This document shows positions 37,962 through 46,933 of a DNA stretch of 64,000 nucleotides, piece after piece. The translations under genes and the position numbers were made by a program. This DNA is from an uncultured Chromatiales bacterium (GTDB lineage: Bacteria > Pseudomonadota > Gammaproteobacteria > SZUA-140): NCBI GenBank assembly GCA_964388175.1, contig CAYLYS010000003.1, positions 6,870 through 70,869 on the forward strand, written 5' to 3'. Each line of letters begins with the position of its first letter. The stretch's first letter is position 1. The notes below the pieces were generated by a model. That model was not told the origin of the DNA and did no database searches. It saw only the letters and a program-made list of their open reading frames with translations.

Positions 37962-38546
37962 TCAGCGCGGTGTGCGGACTGACGCGCGATGGCCGTTGAC
38001 GCCTGGCTTTGACAGGGCCGGCGCCTCGGCTTCCTGTGCGTCGGGCGTCCGGCGACTTTTCTGCCGGCACTTGTGGCAATCGTCCGTTTCGATGGTCAGA
38101 CAGCGCTGCGGCTCGTCCGGATGGGCGCAGCCGGTGAACCGGCGTATTTGTTCCAACAGTGCTGCATCCTGAAAGGCGGTGCCGTGTCCGCAGCGACGGC
38201 AGAGCAGGCGGTGTGCGGGCGTGCTCTGCTGGCCCGAGCGCGCGTAGAGAATCGAGTACACGGTCTTGACGCCGGTAAGGCCGGGTATCCATTCGCGCAC
38301 GAGCAGGCCTGCCGATTCGAAATCACCCAGCACACGGTAGATGGTCGCTATGCTGAGGCTCGTGCCACCGGCAAGCAGATTCATGAACACATCACTGGCC
38401 GAGACGGGGCCGGACATGGCTTCGACTGTCCGCAGAATGCTGACCCGCGTTGCCGTCGGGCGCAGCCGGACGTCGCGCAGCCGTTCGGCCGGGTTGAGAA
38501 GCGCTTCGCGAGGGCGCAGTGACAACGCGGCGTGAGGTGACTTCAT
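37962..38546 (-). CDS. Fur-family metalloregulator (Fur/Zur-like) with ~30-aa C-terminal extension
   Basis: Start at MKSPHAALSLRP after AAGGAGA SD; wHTH (ATIYRVLGDFESAGLL), HRLLCRRCG and CHKC metal-site motifs. Confidence 0.72.
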   Translation of the reverse strand: MKSPHAALSLRPREALLNPAERLRDVRLRPTATRVSILRTVEAMSGPVSASDVFMNLLAGGTSLSIATIYRVLGDFESAGLLVREWIPGLTGVKTVYSILYARSGQQSTPAHRLLCRRCGHGTAFQDAALLEQIRRFTGCAHPDEPQRCLTIETDDCHKCRQKSRRTPDAQEAEAPALSKPGVNGHRASVRTPR

Positions 38547-38622
38547 GTCGGATTCTCCTTGCGTTTTACTGCGGTGCCCGTATCGAAGCCCGGTGCTGTC
38601 GGGTGAGGAGAGTCTGCGCCGG

Positions 38623-38970
38623 TCAGGCAGTGAGGTACACGGAGCATAGCAGTGATAAGACGAAGCTGACCGCCGCCACGGTGAGCGCAATCCGCTCCTG
38701 ATAGGAAATCAGCAGGATCCACAGGCCGGTGACCGCCGTCAGCACGCCGAACCAGGCGACGGGTCCGAGCGCCGCTCCCCAGGCCATGATGCTGTATACG
38801 AGCGCCAGCGCCAGCAGCAGCCATCCCGAGCCGCGCAGCAGCCACTGCGGCAGGACGCCCGGCGCGCGCTGCAACAGTTGCCGGTAGTGGCGTTCCATGG
38901 ACAGACACAGTGCCGCCATGCCGGCATGGAGCGCGCTGATGATTGCGACGACCAGCACCAGTTTGCTCAT
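38623..38970 (-). CDS. Small 3-4 TM membrane protein, DUF3325-like partner of PepSY membrane proteins
   Basis: 115-aa hydrophobic ORF overlapping the stop of the upstream PepSY-TM gene by 4 nt; family assignment from memory of the typical receptor-PepSY-DUF3325-DUF3649 operon. Confidence 0.45.
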   Translation of the reverse strand: MSKLVLVVAIISALHAGMAALCLSMERHYRQLLQRAPGVLPQWLLRGSGWLLLALALVYSIMAWGAALGPVAWFGVLTAVTGLWILLISYQERIALTVAAVSFVLSLLCSVYLTA

Positions 38971-40994
38971 GCATGCCCCTTCGCGAGATCATCGGCTCCG
39001 ATCCGCGCACCGATGGAGATCTCAGCGATCTCGGCGGTATTGCCGGTGTCGGCGCCCGGGGATTGCGCCGGTTTGCGCTGTGCCGCAACCATTCTGATGT
39101 GGACCTTCCATGCTGCCCAGGCGAACATCAGTCCCAGGGCGATGAAGACCGCCTCGATGCTGACCAGGATCCAGTCGCCGCTGGACAGGGTGGTCAGAAG
39201 ATGACGGTCGGTGGTGATGAAGTTCAATACCGGCAGCAGCAGATAGGCGGCCGCGGCGAGGAACAGCACTTCGCGCCATGTCTGCATGACCGGTCTGAAC
39301 AGGGCATAGATGAGCATCAGCAGCCAGGCAATGAACAGGCTGTTTATTTCCCAGGCTGCGCGGTCTTCCAGATCCACCGGCAGCAAACGGTTCGACCAGA
39401 AATAGACGGCAAGGGCAAAAGGGAGGCCCGCCACGGCGACCACGTTGAGTCTTTCGACCAGCATGTGCCCGAAGTGCCACGTCCCCCTGGCGTGCTTGGG
39501 GCGGCGCTTCACCGTCCACAGGACGAGACCGGTGGCGATCATCGCCGATCCCAGGATGCCGGACACGAAGTACAGCCAGCGGGTGAGGGGCCTGGCGAAC
39601 TGTCCTTCGTGCAGCCCGAGCATGGAGCGGCCGAATACGTCGGTCGCCGGCGTGTCCTGATTCGAAGAGATCATGCGTTCGCCGGTAACGGCATTGTATT
39701 GAGCGTTGGTTCCGCGTCCGCGGATCGTATCGATATTCGCACGCGCCAGTTGCAGCCTGGCCGGGGCCGAATCGCTCGCGGCCGTGATCGTGACGGCGCG
39801 GATTTCCTGATGGCCCCATTCGCTCTCCACCTGACGCACGATGGAGGAGAGATCGGCGAACGAGGCGGCCTGCCGATGCACCGGGTTTATTGCCGCGGGC
39901 TCCTGATTTCCCGCCTGGCCTCTTCCCTGATTTGCGCCGCCCGCGTTATTGCCGCGGCCGGCTCTTTCAGCAGGCTGATCTGCCGAACGCTCGCCGCCGG
40001 CGCTGCGCTCATTGCGGCCGGTCTGATTCCGTTCGCCCGCGCCGGATCTTTCCATGCCCATTCCTTCACGACCCGCGCCTTCACGGCCAGTTCCTTCTCG
40101 ACCCATTCCTCCGCGTGCCGGCGGATCGGCGACACTTTCATCGCCGGTTGCATCTGCATTCGCAGACGCGTTGTTCCCGCCGCGCCCACCACCGCCGCCA
40201 CCACCGACGGTACGGCCGACGAGCCGGGTGCTGCCGATCTGGGAACTCAATTCCGCGTAGTATGTCCGCTGGTCTTCGGCATCGAATCCGTAGGTCAGCG
40301 GCACGCCGAGCGGCATATAGGCGTACATGAAGAACAGCAGACCGCTGTAAGTGATCATCAGATAGAAGGGTAGTGCGAGCACGCCGAGCACGTTGTGCGC
40401 ATCGAGCCAGGAGCGCCGTCCTTTCGCCGCCCTGAAGGTGAAAAAATCCTTGAAGATCTTCTTGTGCGTGATGACGCCGGTGACGATGGCGATCAGCATG
40501 AGCATGGTGCAAATGCCGACGATGCGAATTGCCCAGTCGAAGGGAATGTAGTGGAGGGCATAGTGCATCCGTACCAGGGCACGGCCGCCGGCCGTCGCGC
40601 GCGGCTCTGCGCCCGGTTCCACCACCTCGCCCGTGGCGGTATCCAGAATGACGCCTTCCGTTCTGCCGCGATTCTGGCCCGGTTCAGGCGCCAGACTCCA
40701 ATTGGCCGTCAATTGATTGCCGCTGCGGCCGGTGTTGATGAGGTTGACGGTCCAGCTCGATGACTGCTGGCTTGCCGGATTGGCGAGCAGATGCCGGTAC
40801 GCGATGTCGAACTGATCGGCGTTGCTCATCGCATTGCTGGCGCGCATCGGCTGCTCCGGCTGCATCCAGCGCGTGATCTCGCGATTGGCGTAGCTGGCCG
40901 TCCCGGTCACGAAGACGAACAGCAGTATCCAGCCGACGACCAGTCCGGTCCAGGTATGCAGCCACGCCATGCACTGGCGGAAACCTTCCTTCAT
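38967..40994 (-). CDS. PepSY-associated TM (PiuB-like) membrane protein with a Gly/Arg/Glu-rich low-complexity insertion
   Basis: Start MKEGFRQCMAWLHTWTGLVVGWILLF after GAGG SD (track ORF extends to 41099 but overlaps the upstream gene); TM helices with conserved His; internal tandem-repeat region 39900-40200. Confidence 0.7.
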   Translation of the reverse strand: MKEGFRQCMAWLHTWTGLVVGWILLFVFVTGTASYANREITRWMQPEQPMRASNAMSNADQFDIAYRHLLANPASQQSSSWTVNLINTGRSGNQLTANWSLAPEPGQNRGRTEGVILDTATGEVVEPGAEPRATAGGRALVRMHYALHYIPFDWAIRIVGICTMLMLIAIVTGVITHKKIFKDFFTFRAAKGRRSWLDAHNVLGVLALPFYLMITYSGLLFFMYAYMPLGVPLTYGFDAEDQRTYYAELSSQIGSTRLVGRTVGGGGGGGRGGNNASANADATGDESVADPPARGGMGREGTGREGAGREGMGMERSGAGERNQTGRNERSAGGERSADQPAERAGRGNNAGGANQGRGQAGNQEPAAINPVHRQAASFADLSSIVRQVESEWGHQEIRAVTITAASDSAPARLQLARANIDTIRGRGTNAQYNAVTGERMISSNQDTPATDVFGRSMLGLHEGQFARPLTRWLYFVSGILGSAMIATGLVLWTVKRRPKHARGTWHFGHMLVERLNVVAVAGLPFALAVYFWSNRLLPVDLEDRAAWEINSLFIAWLLMLIYALFRPVMQTWREVLFLAAAAYLLLPVLNFITTDRHLLTTLSSGDWILVSIEAVFIALGLMFAWAAWKVHIRMVAAQRKPAQSPGADTGNTAEIAEISIGARIGADDLAKGHA

Positions 40995-41002
40995 GACGAC
41001 CT

Positions 41003-41347
41003 CTATGGTTTGAGCAACAGCGCCAGCAGTGCCAGCGCGATGACGGTTGCAGCGGTTCCGACCCAGGCGCGGGTAGCGCTCGCCGCGGTGAATACCCACA
41101 GCACCGCGATCAGCCAGACGGTGAAGCTGAACAGCATGGCGCCGTAGGTGGCCAGTTCATTGGGGCCGGGCAATATGCCGGTGATCACGGGCACGCTCAG
41201 GCCGGCGATCAGAAACCCGCCGACCGCGGCAGCCAGGACACGGGAAAAGACCGCCCAGCGATGGCGCGCGCCATCGGACAAAGTGCGGGATCCGGGTATT
41301 TTCATCAGCGCCGGCATACCAGGCGCGCCTGCGCGTTTACTGTTCAT
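41003..41347 (-). CDS. Small membrane protein (DUF3649-like, iron-uptake associated)
   Basis: 114 aa, 3 predicted TM; sits between the binding-protein and PepSY genes with overlapping stop/start. Confidence 0.45.
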   Translation of the reverse strand: MNSKRAGAPGMPALMKIPGSRTLSDGARHRWAVFSRVLAAAVGGFLIAGLSVPVITGILPGPNELATYGAMLFSFTVWLIAVLWVFTAASATRAWVGTAATVIALALLALLLKP

Positions 41348-42416
41348 GCTGATCGAATGCCGCCTGGATCTGCCGGATGCTCTGCTGCAGCAGACCCAGA
41401 CCGCCGGCCATCAGGTACCAGGGGCCGTTCTGATCCAGATAAATCACTCGTCCTTGCTGCCATGCCTTGCTGTTGGCGATGGCGGGCGTGGCGGCCATCG
41501 CTTCCGCCGCCTTGGCATCGCCGAAGGCGGCATTGCGGTCGACCACGAACAGCCAGTCGGGTTCGCGCGCCATCACGTCGGCCAGGTACTTCGCTTCGGC
41601 TTGCTGGCGTGCTTTCTGCGCCGCTTCGGCGGCGGCCTTGGCGGCGGGATCGTTCTCGTCCACAGTGACAGCAGCCGGTGGCCGGCCGCTGCTCAGGCCG
41701 CCGGCGCCATCGGTCGGCGTCAGAACGGGGCGGATGCCGACCACGTCGTAGATCAGGCCGAAGCGGGCGTCGAATTGCTGGGGCATGACGCGGTTGCCGA
41801 CGGCGAACAGCACCAGCCCCGTACCCTGTTTGGCGGCGCTCTCGCGCAGTGCGCGCATGCTGGCCAGCAGTTCGTAGGCTTTCTCGCCCGCCTGCTTTTC
41901 CTGTCCGAAGGCCGCACCCAAGGTCAGGATGTTCTGCACCACGCTGTCGACGAAGCTGGTGTTGCTGACCGACAGATCGATGGTGGGGGCGACCTCTTTC
42001 ATGGTCTTGAATGCATTTTGGTCGGTGACGACGACGAGATCGGGCCCGAACGCCTTGATCTGGGCGAGTTGGGAATTGCCTTCACTTTCCTGGGAGGAGC
42101 GGCCGCCGCCGCTGATCTTCACGTATTTGTCCTGGGCATATTGCTCGAGCAGATGTGCGGGCCAGCGCGTGGTCGAATCGCCGGCAGGCAGCGCGGGGAC
42201 GGCCGCCGCTTCGATGCCGAGGGCATCCAGCGTATCCAGGGCGGCCAGGCCGAGGACGGCGACCTTCCTGGGTGTGGCCGGGATTTCGGTGGTGCCCTGG
42301 GCATGCGTGACCTGGCGTGCTTCGGCCGCGTGCAGGGAGGGGAAGGCGATGCCGCCCAGCAAGGCGATGCCCGCGGTCAGGGCCGCAGCAAGCGCGGGAC
42401 GGGATGGAATAATCAT
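41337..42416 (-). CDS. Periplasmic substrate-binding protein (FecB/TroA-like, iron-siderophore type)
   Basis: True start MIIPSRPALAAALTAGIALLGGIAFPSLHA (signal peptide) preceded by AGGAG; the track ORF extends upstream into the methyltransferase gene. Confidence 0.72.
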   Translation of the reverse strand: MIIPSRPALAAALTAGIALLGGIAFPSLHAAEARQVTHAQGTTEIPATPRKVAVLGLAALDTLDALGIEAAAVPALPAGDSTTRWPAHLLEQYAQDKYVKISGGGRSSQESEGNSQLAQIKAFGPDLVVVTDQNAFKTMKEVAPTIDLSVSNTSFVDSVVQNILTLGAAFGQEKQAGEKAYELLASMRALRESAAKQGTGLVLFAVGNRVMPQQFDARFGLIYDVVGIRPVLTPTDGAGGLSSGRPPAAVTVDENDPAAKAAAEAAQKARQQAEAKYLADVMAREPDWLFVVDRNAAFGDAKAAEAMAATPAIANSKAWQQGRVIYLDQNGPWYLMAGGLGLLQQSIRQIQAAFDQHEQ

Positions 42417-42462
42417 GGGAATGCTCCTGGGAGACGAGGTTGGGAATCTGGTGGACACGGGA

Positions 42463-43902
42463 TCAGCGCAGGGCGGCCAGCCACTGCAGGCGGCGGACGT
42501 CGCCGGTTTTGCCGCGCGGCGCCGGTATGGCCGAGCCGATGGCGGCCGCGGCCAGAATGGATCCGTTGAAAGGCGGATCCTGGCGGGCCAGCGCCGCATT
42601 GAGGCGCTGCGCGATTTCGCGGGTTGCGGCCGCGGCAGCGTCGTCTGGCACGTGATCGGGGCGCAGGAACTGCAGCCATCCTGCCCAGGCCAGCATCTGC
42701 AGCGCCTGGCCGACGAATGCCGGCTGCTCCGCGTAAACGGGCAGGGCGGCCAGCTCGGCATGGCTGCGTGGGCCATCCTGCAATGCCGCGAGCAAGGGGG
42801 CGACGTCGGCCATCGGCAGCTTCACCGGGCCGATACGCGATTCGAGCGTCAGCGTGCCGCCGGTTGATACGCTGGTCGATACGCTGGTCGATACCGGGGC
42901 TGCGGGCGCGGCGGGCAGCAGGCAGACGCGCTGTGCCCGCTGCGCTGCGTGGTGTGCGTCGTCCGGCAGCAGATTGCCGTCGGGATGGCGGCGCTGATAG
43001 AGATCGCAGCGCTGGGTCTGGTAGCGCGCGAGATCCTTGAAAGTCTCTACCGCCGCCGCGTCGGCGCCGCCGCGGCGCAGTTCTTCCAGCAGGGCCAGCA
43101 TGCCCGGAGGCAGTGACGCCGCATCGATATTTTCATGAGGTATGGCGCTGCCGGCGTATTCGCAGTCGGCGTTGGCGAAGTCCGCCATCACGTCGGCGAC
43201 GTGCAGCACATCCCAGTGTTCGTTGAGGTACTCATGGGCGAGGAAAGCGGCGTTGACCTCGTCCAGGGCGCGATCGTCCTGCAGCGTGCGCGGATGCTCC
43301 TGGAAGTAGCCGGCGCCGGCGTCCGCCATGCGCTGCAGCAGGGACAGGCCGGAGCGGACCCTGTCAGTGCTGGACCCCGGCAGGTTTTGCGTGGCCATGC
43401 GCATCAGGCTGCGCGCGGCGGCGAACGAGGCCGAGCCGGGATGACTGAGATAGGAAACGTAAAGCACACCGCCGGGTTTGAGCTTGCGCGCGGCAATGCC
43501 TTGTATGGCCGCTCTGGCAGCGGTGTCGATCCATGAATAGACGCCGTGCATCACGAGGAAGTCACAGCGGGGAATCCGTTCGTCCGCAGCCGCAATCACC
43601 TGGTCGAAGTCCAGGCAGTGGAAGCCGGCATTGCAGATGCCGGTCGATTCGGCCAGCGCATTTGCCTGCTCGATGGCGGCGGCATTGATGTCGATGCCGA
43701 TGAAGCGGCCGAGCGGATTGGTGGCGGCGGCCACCAGGGTACCCAGACCCGAACCGCATCCCAGCTCAAGCCAGGTATACGGTCGGGTCGGGTCAGGTAT
43801 GCGACGGCCAAGGGCTGTGAGGACCGACGCCATCCACACCGGCATGGTTTCACGGTGAAAATGCCGGGGATAGGCAACGTCGGTGATATAGCCCTTGTGC
43901 AT
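42463..43902 (-). CDS. Class I SAM-dependent methyltransferase with C-terminal methyltransferase-regulatory domain
   Basis: SAM motif I LELGCGSGLGTLVAAA, motif post-I IGIDIN, motif II VLYVSY; 479 aa. Confidence 0.7.
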   Translation of the reverse strand: MHKGYITDVAYPRHFHRETMPVWMASVLTALGRRIPDPTRPYTWLELGCGSGLGTLVAAATNPLGRFIGIDINAAAIEQANALAESTGICNAGFHCLDFDQVIAAADERIPRCDFLVMHGVYSWIDTAARAAIQGIAARKLKPGGVLYVSYLSHPGSASFAAARSLMRMATQNLPGSSTDRVRSGLSLLQRMADAGAGYFQEHPRTLQDDRALDEVNAAFLAHEYLNEHWDVLHVADVMADFANADCEYAGSAIPHENIDAASLPPGMLALLEELRRGGADAAAVETFKDLARYQTQRCDLYQRRHPDGNLLPDDAHHAAQRAQRVCLLPAAPAAPVSTSVSTSVSTGGTLTLESRIGPVKLPMADVAPLLAALQDGPRSHAELAALPVYAEQPAFVGQALQMLAWAGWLQFLRPDHVPDDAAAAATREIAQRLNAALARQDPPFNGSILAAAAIGSAIPAPRGKTGDVRRLQWLAALR

Positions 43903-43911
43903 ATGCTGCCG

Positions 43912-46245
43912 TCAGAACGAGGCCGTGTAGGTGACGTAGTAGGCGCGCCCCGGTTCGTTATAGGTCAGCGCGCCGGCGCCCGTGGTGATCACCCGGTCTT
44001 CCAGCGGTCCGGCGGCGACGTTTGCCGATGCCAGGCGCGCGGCGCGCTTGATCTCACGGTCGAACAGGTTGCTGACGCCGAAGCCGACACGATGGTGACG
44101 GTTGAATTCCCAGGTGCCGTTGAGCCCGACCAGTACGTAGGAAGGACGCTCGCGCACCGCAAGTCCGGTCATGGGATAACCGTGGTAGCTCACCGTGCGC
44201 GGCGTGCGGCGGCCGTAGAGCGTGCTCGTCAGCTGCATCGAAAAGCTTTCCGTGGTGCGCCAGAACAGCGAGCTGTTGAGTGTGTATTTCGGGATGATGG
44301 ACAGTGGCTGGCCGGTTTCCGTGCTGTGGTTCTTCAGCATCCAGGTGATGTTGTTGTAGAACTTCAGCCGGTTTCCGTTCGTGCCGAGCAGCGGCACGTT
44401 GAAGCTGCCCTCGAAGCCTTCGACCAAGGCCTTGCCGCCGTTCTTCCACTGGAAGTTGGCGGGACTGTCTATCACGCCGTCTTCCAGGTCTGCCAGGAGA
44501 TCCTGTATCGACACCGGGGAGTCCGCGACGATGCGGTTCTTGTAGTCGTTGCGGAAGTAAGCGAGGCTGCTGTCCCAGCCGTTCGGGCCGTTCCAGGCCA
44601 CACCGATTTCCTTGTTGACGCTGGTTTCCGCATCCAGGTCGGGGTTGCCGCTGACGCCGCAATCGTAATCGTCGCCGCTGATCAGGCCCAGATCGTTGCC
44701 GTTGTACGGGCAGGCGCCGCCGAGATTAGACAGGTAGCTCGGCGCGGTCTGGTAGAGCGTGGGTGCCTTGAACACGCGCGCGATACCGCCCTTGAGAGAA
44801 AAACCGCCGCCGAGCTCATAGAAGGCATTGAAGCTGGGTGACCAGTTGTTGCCGAACTGGCTGTGATGATCGAAGCGGATGCCCGGGATCAGCATCAGCG
44901 ACTGGCCGACGGCGATGCTGTCTTCCAGATAAAAGGCGATGGTGTCGTTTTTTATTTCGACGAAACCATCGCCGCCGGGTGTCGAACCGGCGCCACCGCC
45001 CGCATTCTGCAGCAGCGCATTGTTGTCGAGCAGTTTCGTGCTGCGGAACTCGATACCGGTGGTGAGGATCTGGTCGAGGCTGCCGAGGCTCAGCGGCGTG
45101 TTCAGCTCACCGTTGACGAAGTAGTTGTCCATGTCCGAGCGCTGCGTGTCGCCCTCGGTACCGCAGTTGGCCTCGCCCATGCCGCCCGCACCCTGGCGGC
45201 AGTTGATCGTGTCCGTGTTCTCGTACTGGAAGAGCAGGCGCGAACTGCCGAGGCTGTCCCACGTTCCGCGATGCGTCACAGCGGCATTGCGGCGATAGAC
45301 GCGGCGGGTCTCGGCGCCTCTGTCGGCCCATTCCTGCATCAGGGCGCTGGGGGTGGTATTGGCCGCTTCGCCTGCGTAGATGTTGCCCTGGCGGCTGAAG
45401 CCGGCCTCGAATTCCACGACCTGGTCGGGCGTCAGATCCCAGCGCAGCAGGCCGGTGGCGTCGCGGTTGCGGCGGCCTTCGCGGCCGGCGATCCAGTTGG
45501 GGTCGCCTTCGTCGGTGACGCCGTTGATGGTGGGCTCGTCACCGTCGGTCTTGGCCGCACTGCCGTACAGGCGGAACGACAGATCGCCGACAATCGGGCC
45601 GGCGAGATTGAAGCCCAGGCGGCGCGTGCCGTTTCCTTCCAGTTCGTCTTCCGGCTTGCTGGCATAGGCGGTGATGGAGCCGGAGAAGTCGCCGGTGGGC
45701 TTCTTGGTGATGATGTTGATCACACCACCTGAAGCGCCGGAGCCGTAGCGCGCGGCGGCCGGGCCGCGGATGATCTCGATGCGCTCGATCTGGTCGGCCG
45801 GCACCCAGTTGGTGTCGCCACCGGTGTCGCGGTCGCCGGTGCGGCGCGTGATGGCGCCCTGGCGCGACTGCACGGGTTTGCCGTCGATCAGGATCATGGT
45901 GTTTTCCGCACCCATGCCGCGGATGTCGATTTCGCGCTGATTGCCGTAGGCGCCGACCGAGCTGGCGCCGGAGAGGCTGATGCCGGGCTGGGTCATGAGG
46001 ATCTCGGACAGATCGTTGGCGGGCGGACGATACTTGAGATCCTCTGCCGTGATGATCGAAACGCCCAGCGACTGCTTGAGTTCCTCCTCGGCGGTGTTGA
46101 CCACGCGGAGTGTGGACAGGGTGACTTCGGGCGTTTCGTCCGCTATCGCGTCGATAGTTTGCGCGGCTACGGGCAGCATGGGGGTCAGTACCAGGCCGAG
46201 GGCGGCAGCCATCGGCTTCAGGCGGAAGACGTGTTGTTCTCGCAC
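43912..46245 (-). CDS. TonB-dependent siderophore receptor
   Basis: Signal peptide, TonB box ETPEVTLSTLRVV, plug domain (GGVINIITKKP), 22-strand barrel, terminal ...YVTYTASF; GTG start with GGAGAG SD. Confidence 0.9.
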   Translation of the reverse strand: MREQHVFRLKPMAAALGLVLTPMLPVAAQTIDAIADETPEVTLSTLRVVNTAEEELKQSLGVSIITAEDLKYRPPANDLSEILMTQPGISLSGASSVGAYGNQREIDIRGMGAENTMILIDGKPVQSRQGAITRRTGDRDTGGDTNWVPADQIERIEIIRGPAAARYGSGASGGVINIITKKPTGDFSGSITAYASKPEDELEGNGTRRLGFNLAGPIVGDLSFRLYGSAAKTDGDEPTINGVTDEGDPNWIAGREGRRNRDATGLLRWDLTPDQVVEFEAGFSRQGNIYAGEAANTTPSALMQEWADRGAETRRVYRRNAAVTHRGTWDSLGSSRLLFQYENTDTINCRQGAGGMGEANCGTEGDTQRSDMDNYFVNGELNTPLSLGSLDQILTTGIEFRSTKLLDNNALLQNAGGGAGSTPGGDGFVEIKNDTIAFYLEDSIAVGQSLMLIPGIRFDHHSQFGNNWSPSFNAFYELGGGFSLKGGIARVFKAPTLYQTAPSYLSNLGGACPYNGNDLGLISGDDYDCGVSGNPDLDAETSVNKEIGVAWNGPNGWDSSLAYFRNDYKNRIVADSPVSIQDLLADLEDGVIDSPANFQWKNGGKALVEGFEGSFNVPLLGTNGNRLKFYNNITWMLKNHSTETGQPLSIIPKYTLNSSLFWRTTESFSMQLTSTLYGRRTPRTVSYHGYPMTGLAVRERPSYVLVGLNGTWEFNRHHRVGFGVSNLFDREIKRAARLASANVAAGPLEDRVITTGAGALTYNEPGRAYYVTYTASF

Positions 46246-46634
46246 AGAAATACTCTCCAGTAAGATTTTTAATAGTAGGTATGCGTTCGGGGCGCTCGCC
46301 GTGCATGAGGCCGGCGAGCAACACTCGACAAGGGCCCTCAGCGCGGGAGGCCTTCACCCGACTTCACGGAGTCGATGCTGTTGCGAATCATACCCATTCA
46401 CATTCGCCGGAATATTTCAGCCTGTTACAGGGCAAGGGCGGATGTCGTGGGATACGGTCGGTGGGCGGCTCTCTTGCTGGCGTTGAGGGGAGAGAGACGG
46501 GATGCTGGCGTTATGGCGCCGCGGTATCGGTGCTCTTCATATGATCTGCGCCGACATCTTGGGGATGCGTTCGCGGCTCAGGTAGGGGATCCCGGCGCAT
46601 CTTGTTGAAGTTTCTTTTCTGCATGAGAGACAAC

Positions 46635-46681
46635 TGTTGCATGACACTGCAACATTGCTCTGCCCTGGCAAAGCCAATGCT
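46635..46681 (+). promoter_or_regulatory. Dyad TGTTGCA-N6-TGCAACA immediately upstream of a sigma54-like -24/-12 element (TGGCA-N6-ATGCT) in the receptor/kinase divergent intergenic region
   Basis: Perfect 7-bp inverted repeat at 46635-46654; GG/GC spacing at 46667-46680 equals that of the sigma54 consensus TGGCAC-N5-TTGCA. Confidence 0.3.
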
Positions 46682-46933
46682 AAGCAGCAGTGCTGCAAAG
46701 TGAAGCACGTGCTATCTTGATACGAGCAGTTTTTGCATTGATGGAATAGCTGTCGTAGCCGCACCGCTTTTTATATTCGATCGTTTTATCTCGCGCTCGA
46801 CCAGTACCCTGAAGGAGACGACTGAGCAATTGGTGTAAGTTCGGTTTTCGACGATAGCCATACTGGTTCTGGCCGTCAGCCAAAGCCAGTTGGTGGCGCA
46901 TCTCCTATATCTGCAGATGGTCGTGAATCGGAA

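Noticed and set aside
46246-46330. Possible Fur box upstream of the TonB-dependent receptor
   Set aside because: Only weak AT-rich resemblance (ttttaatagtaggtat) to GATAATGATAATCATTATC; not convincing without a position weight matrix scan.
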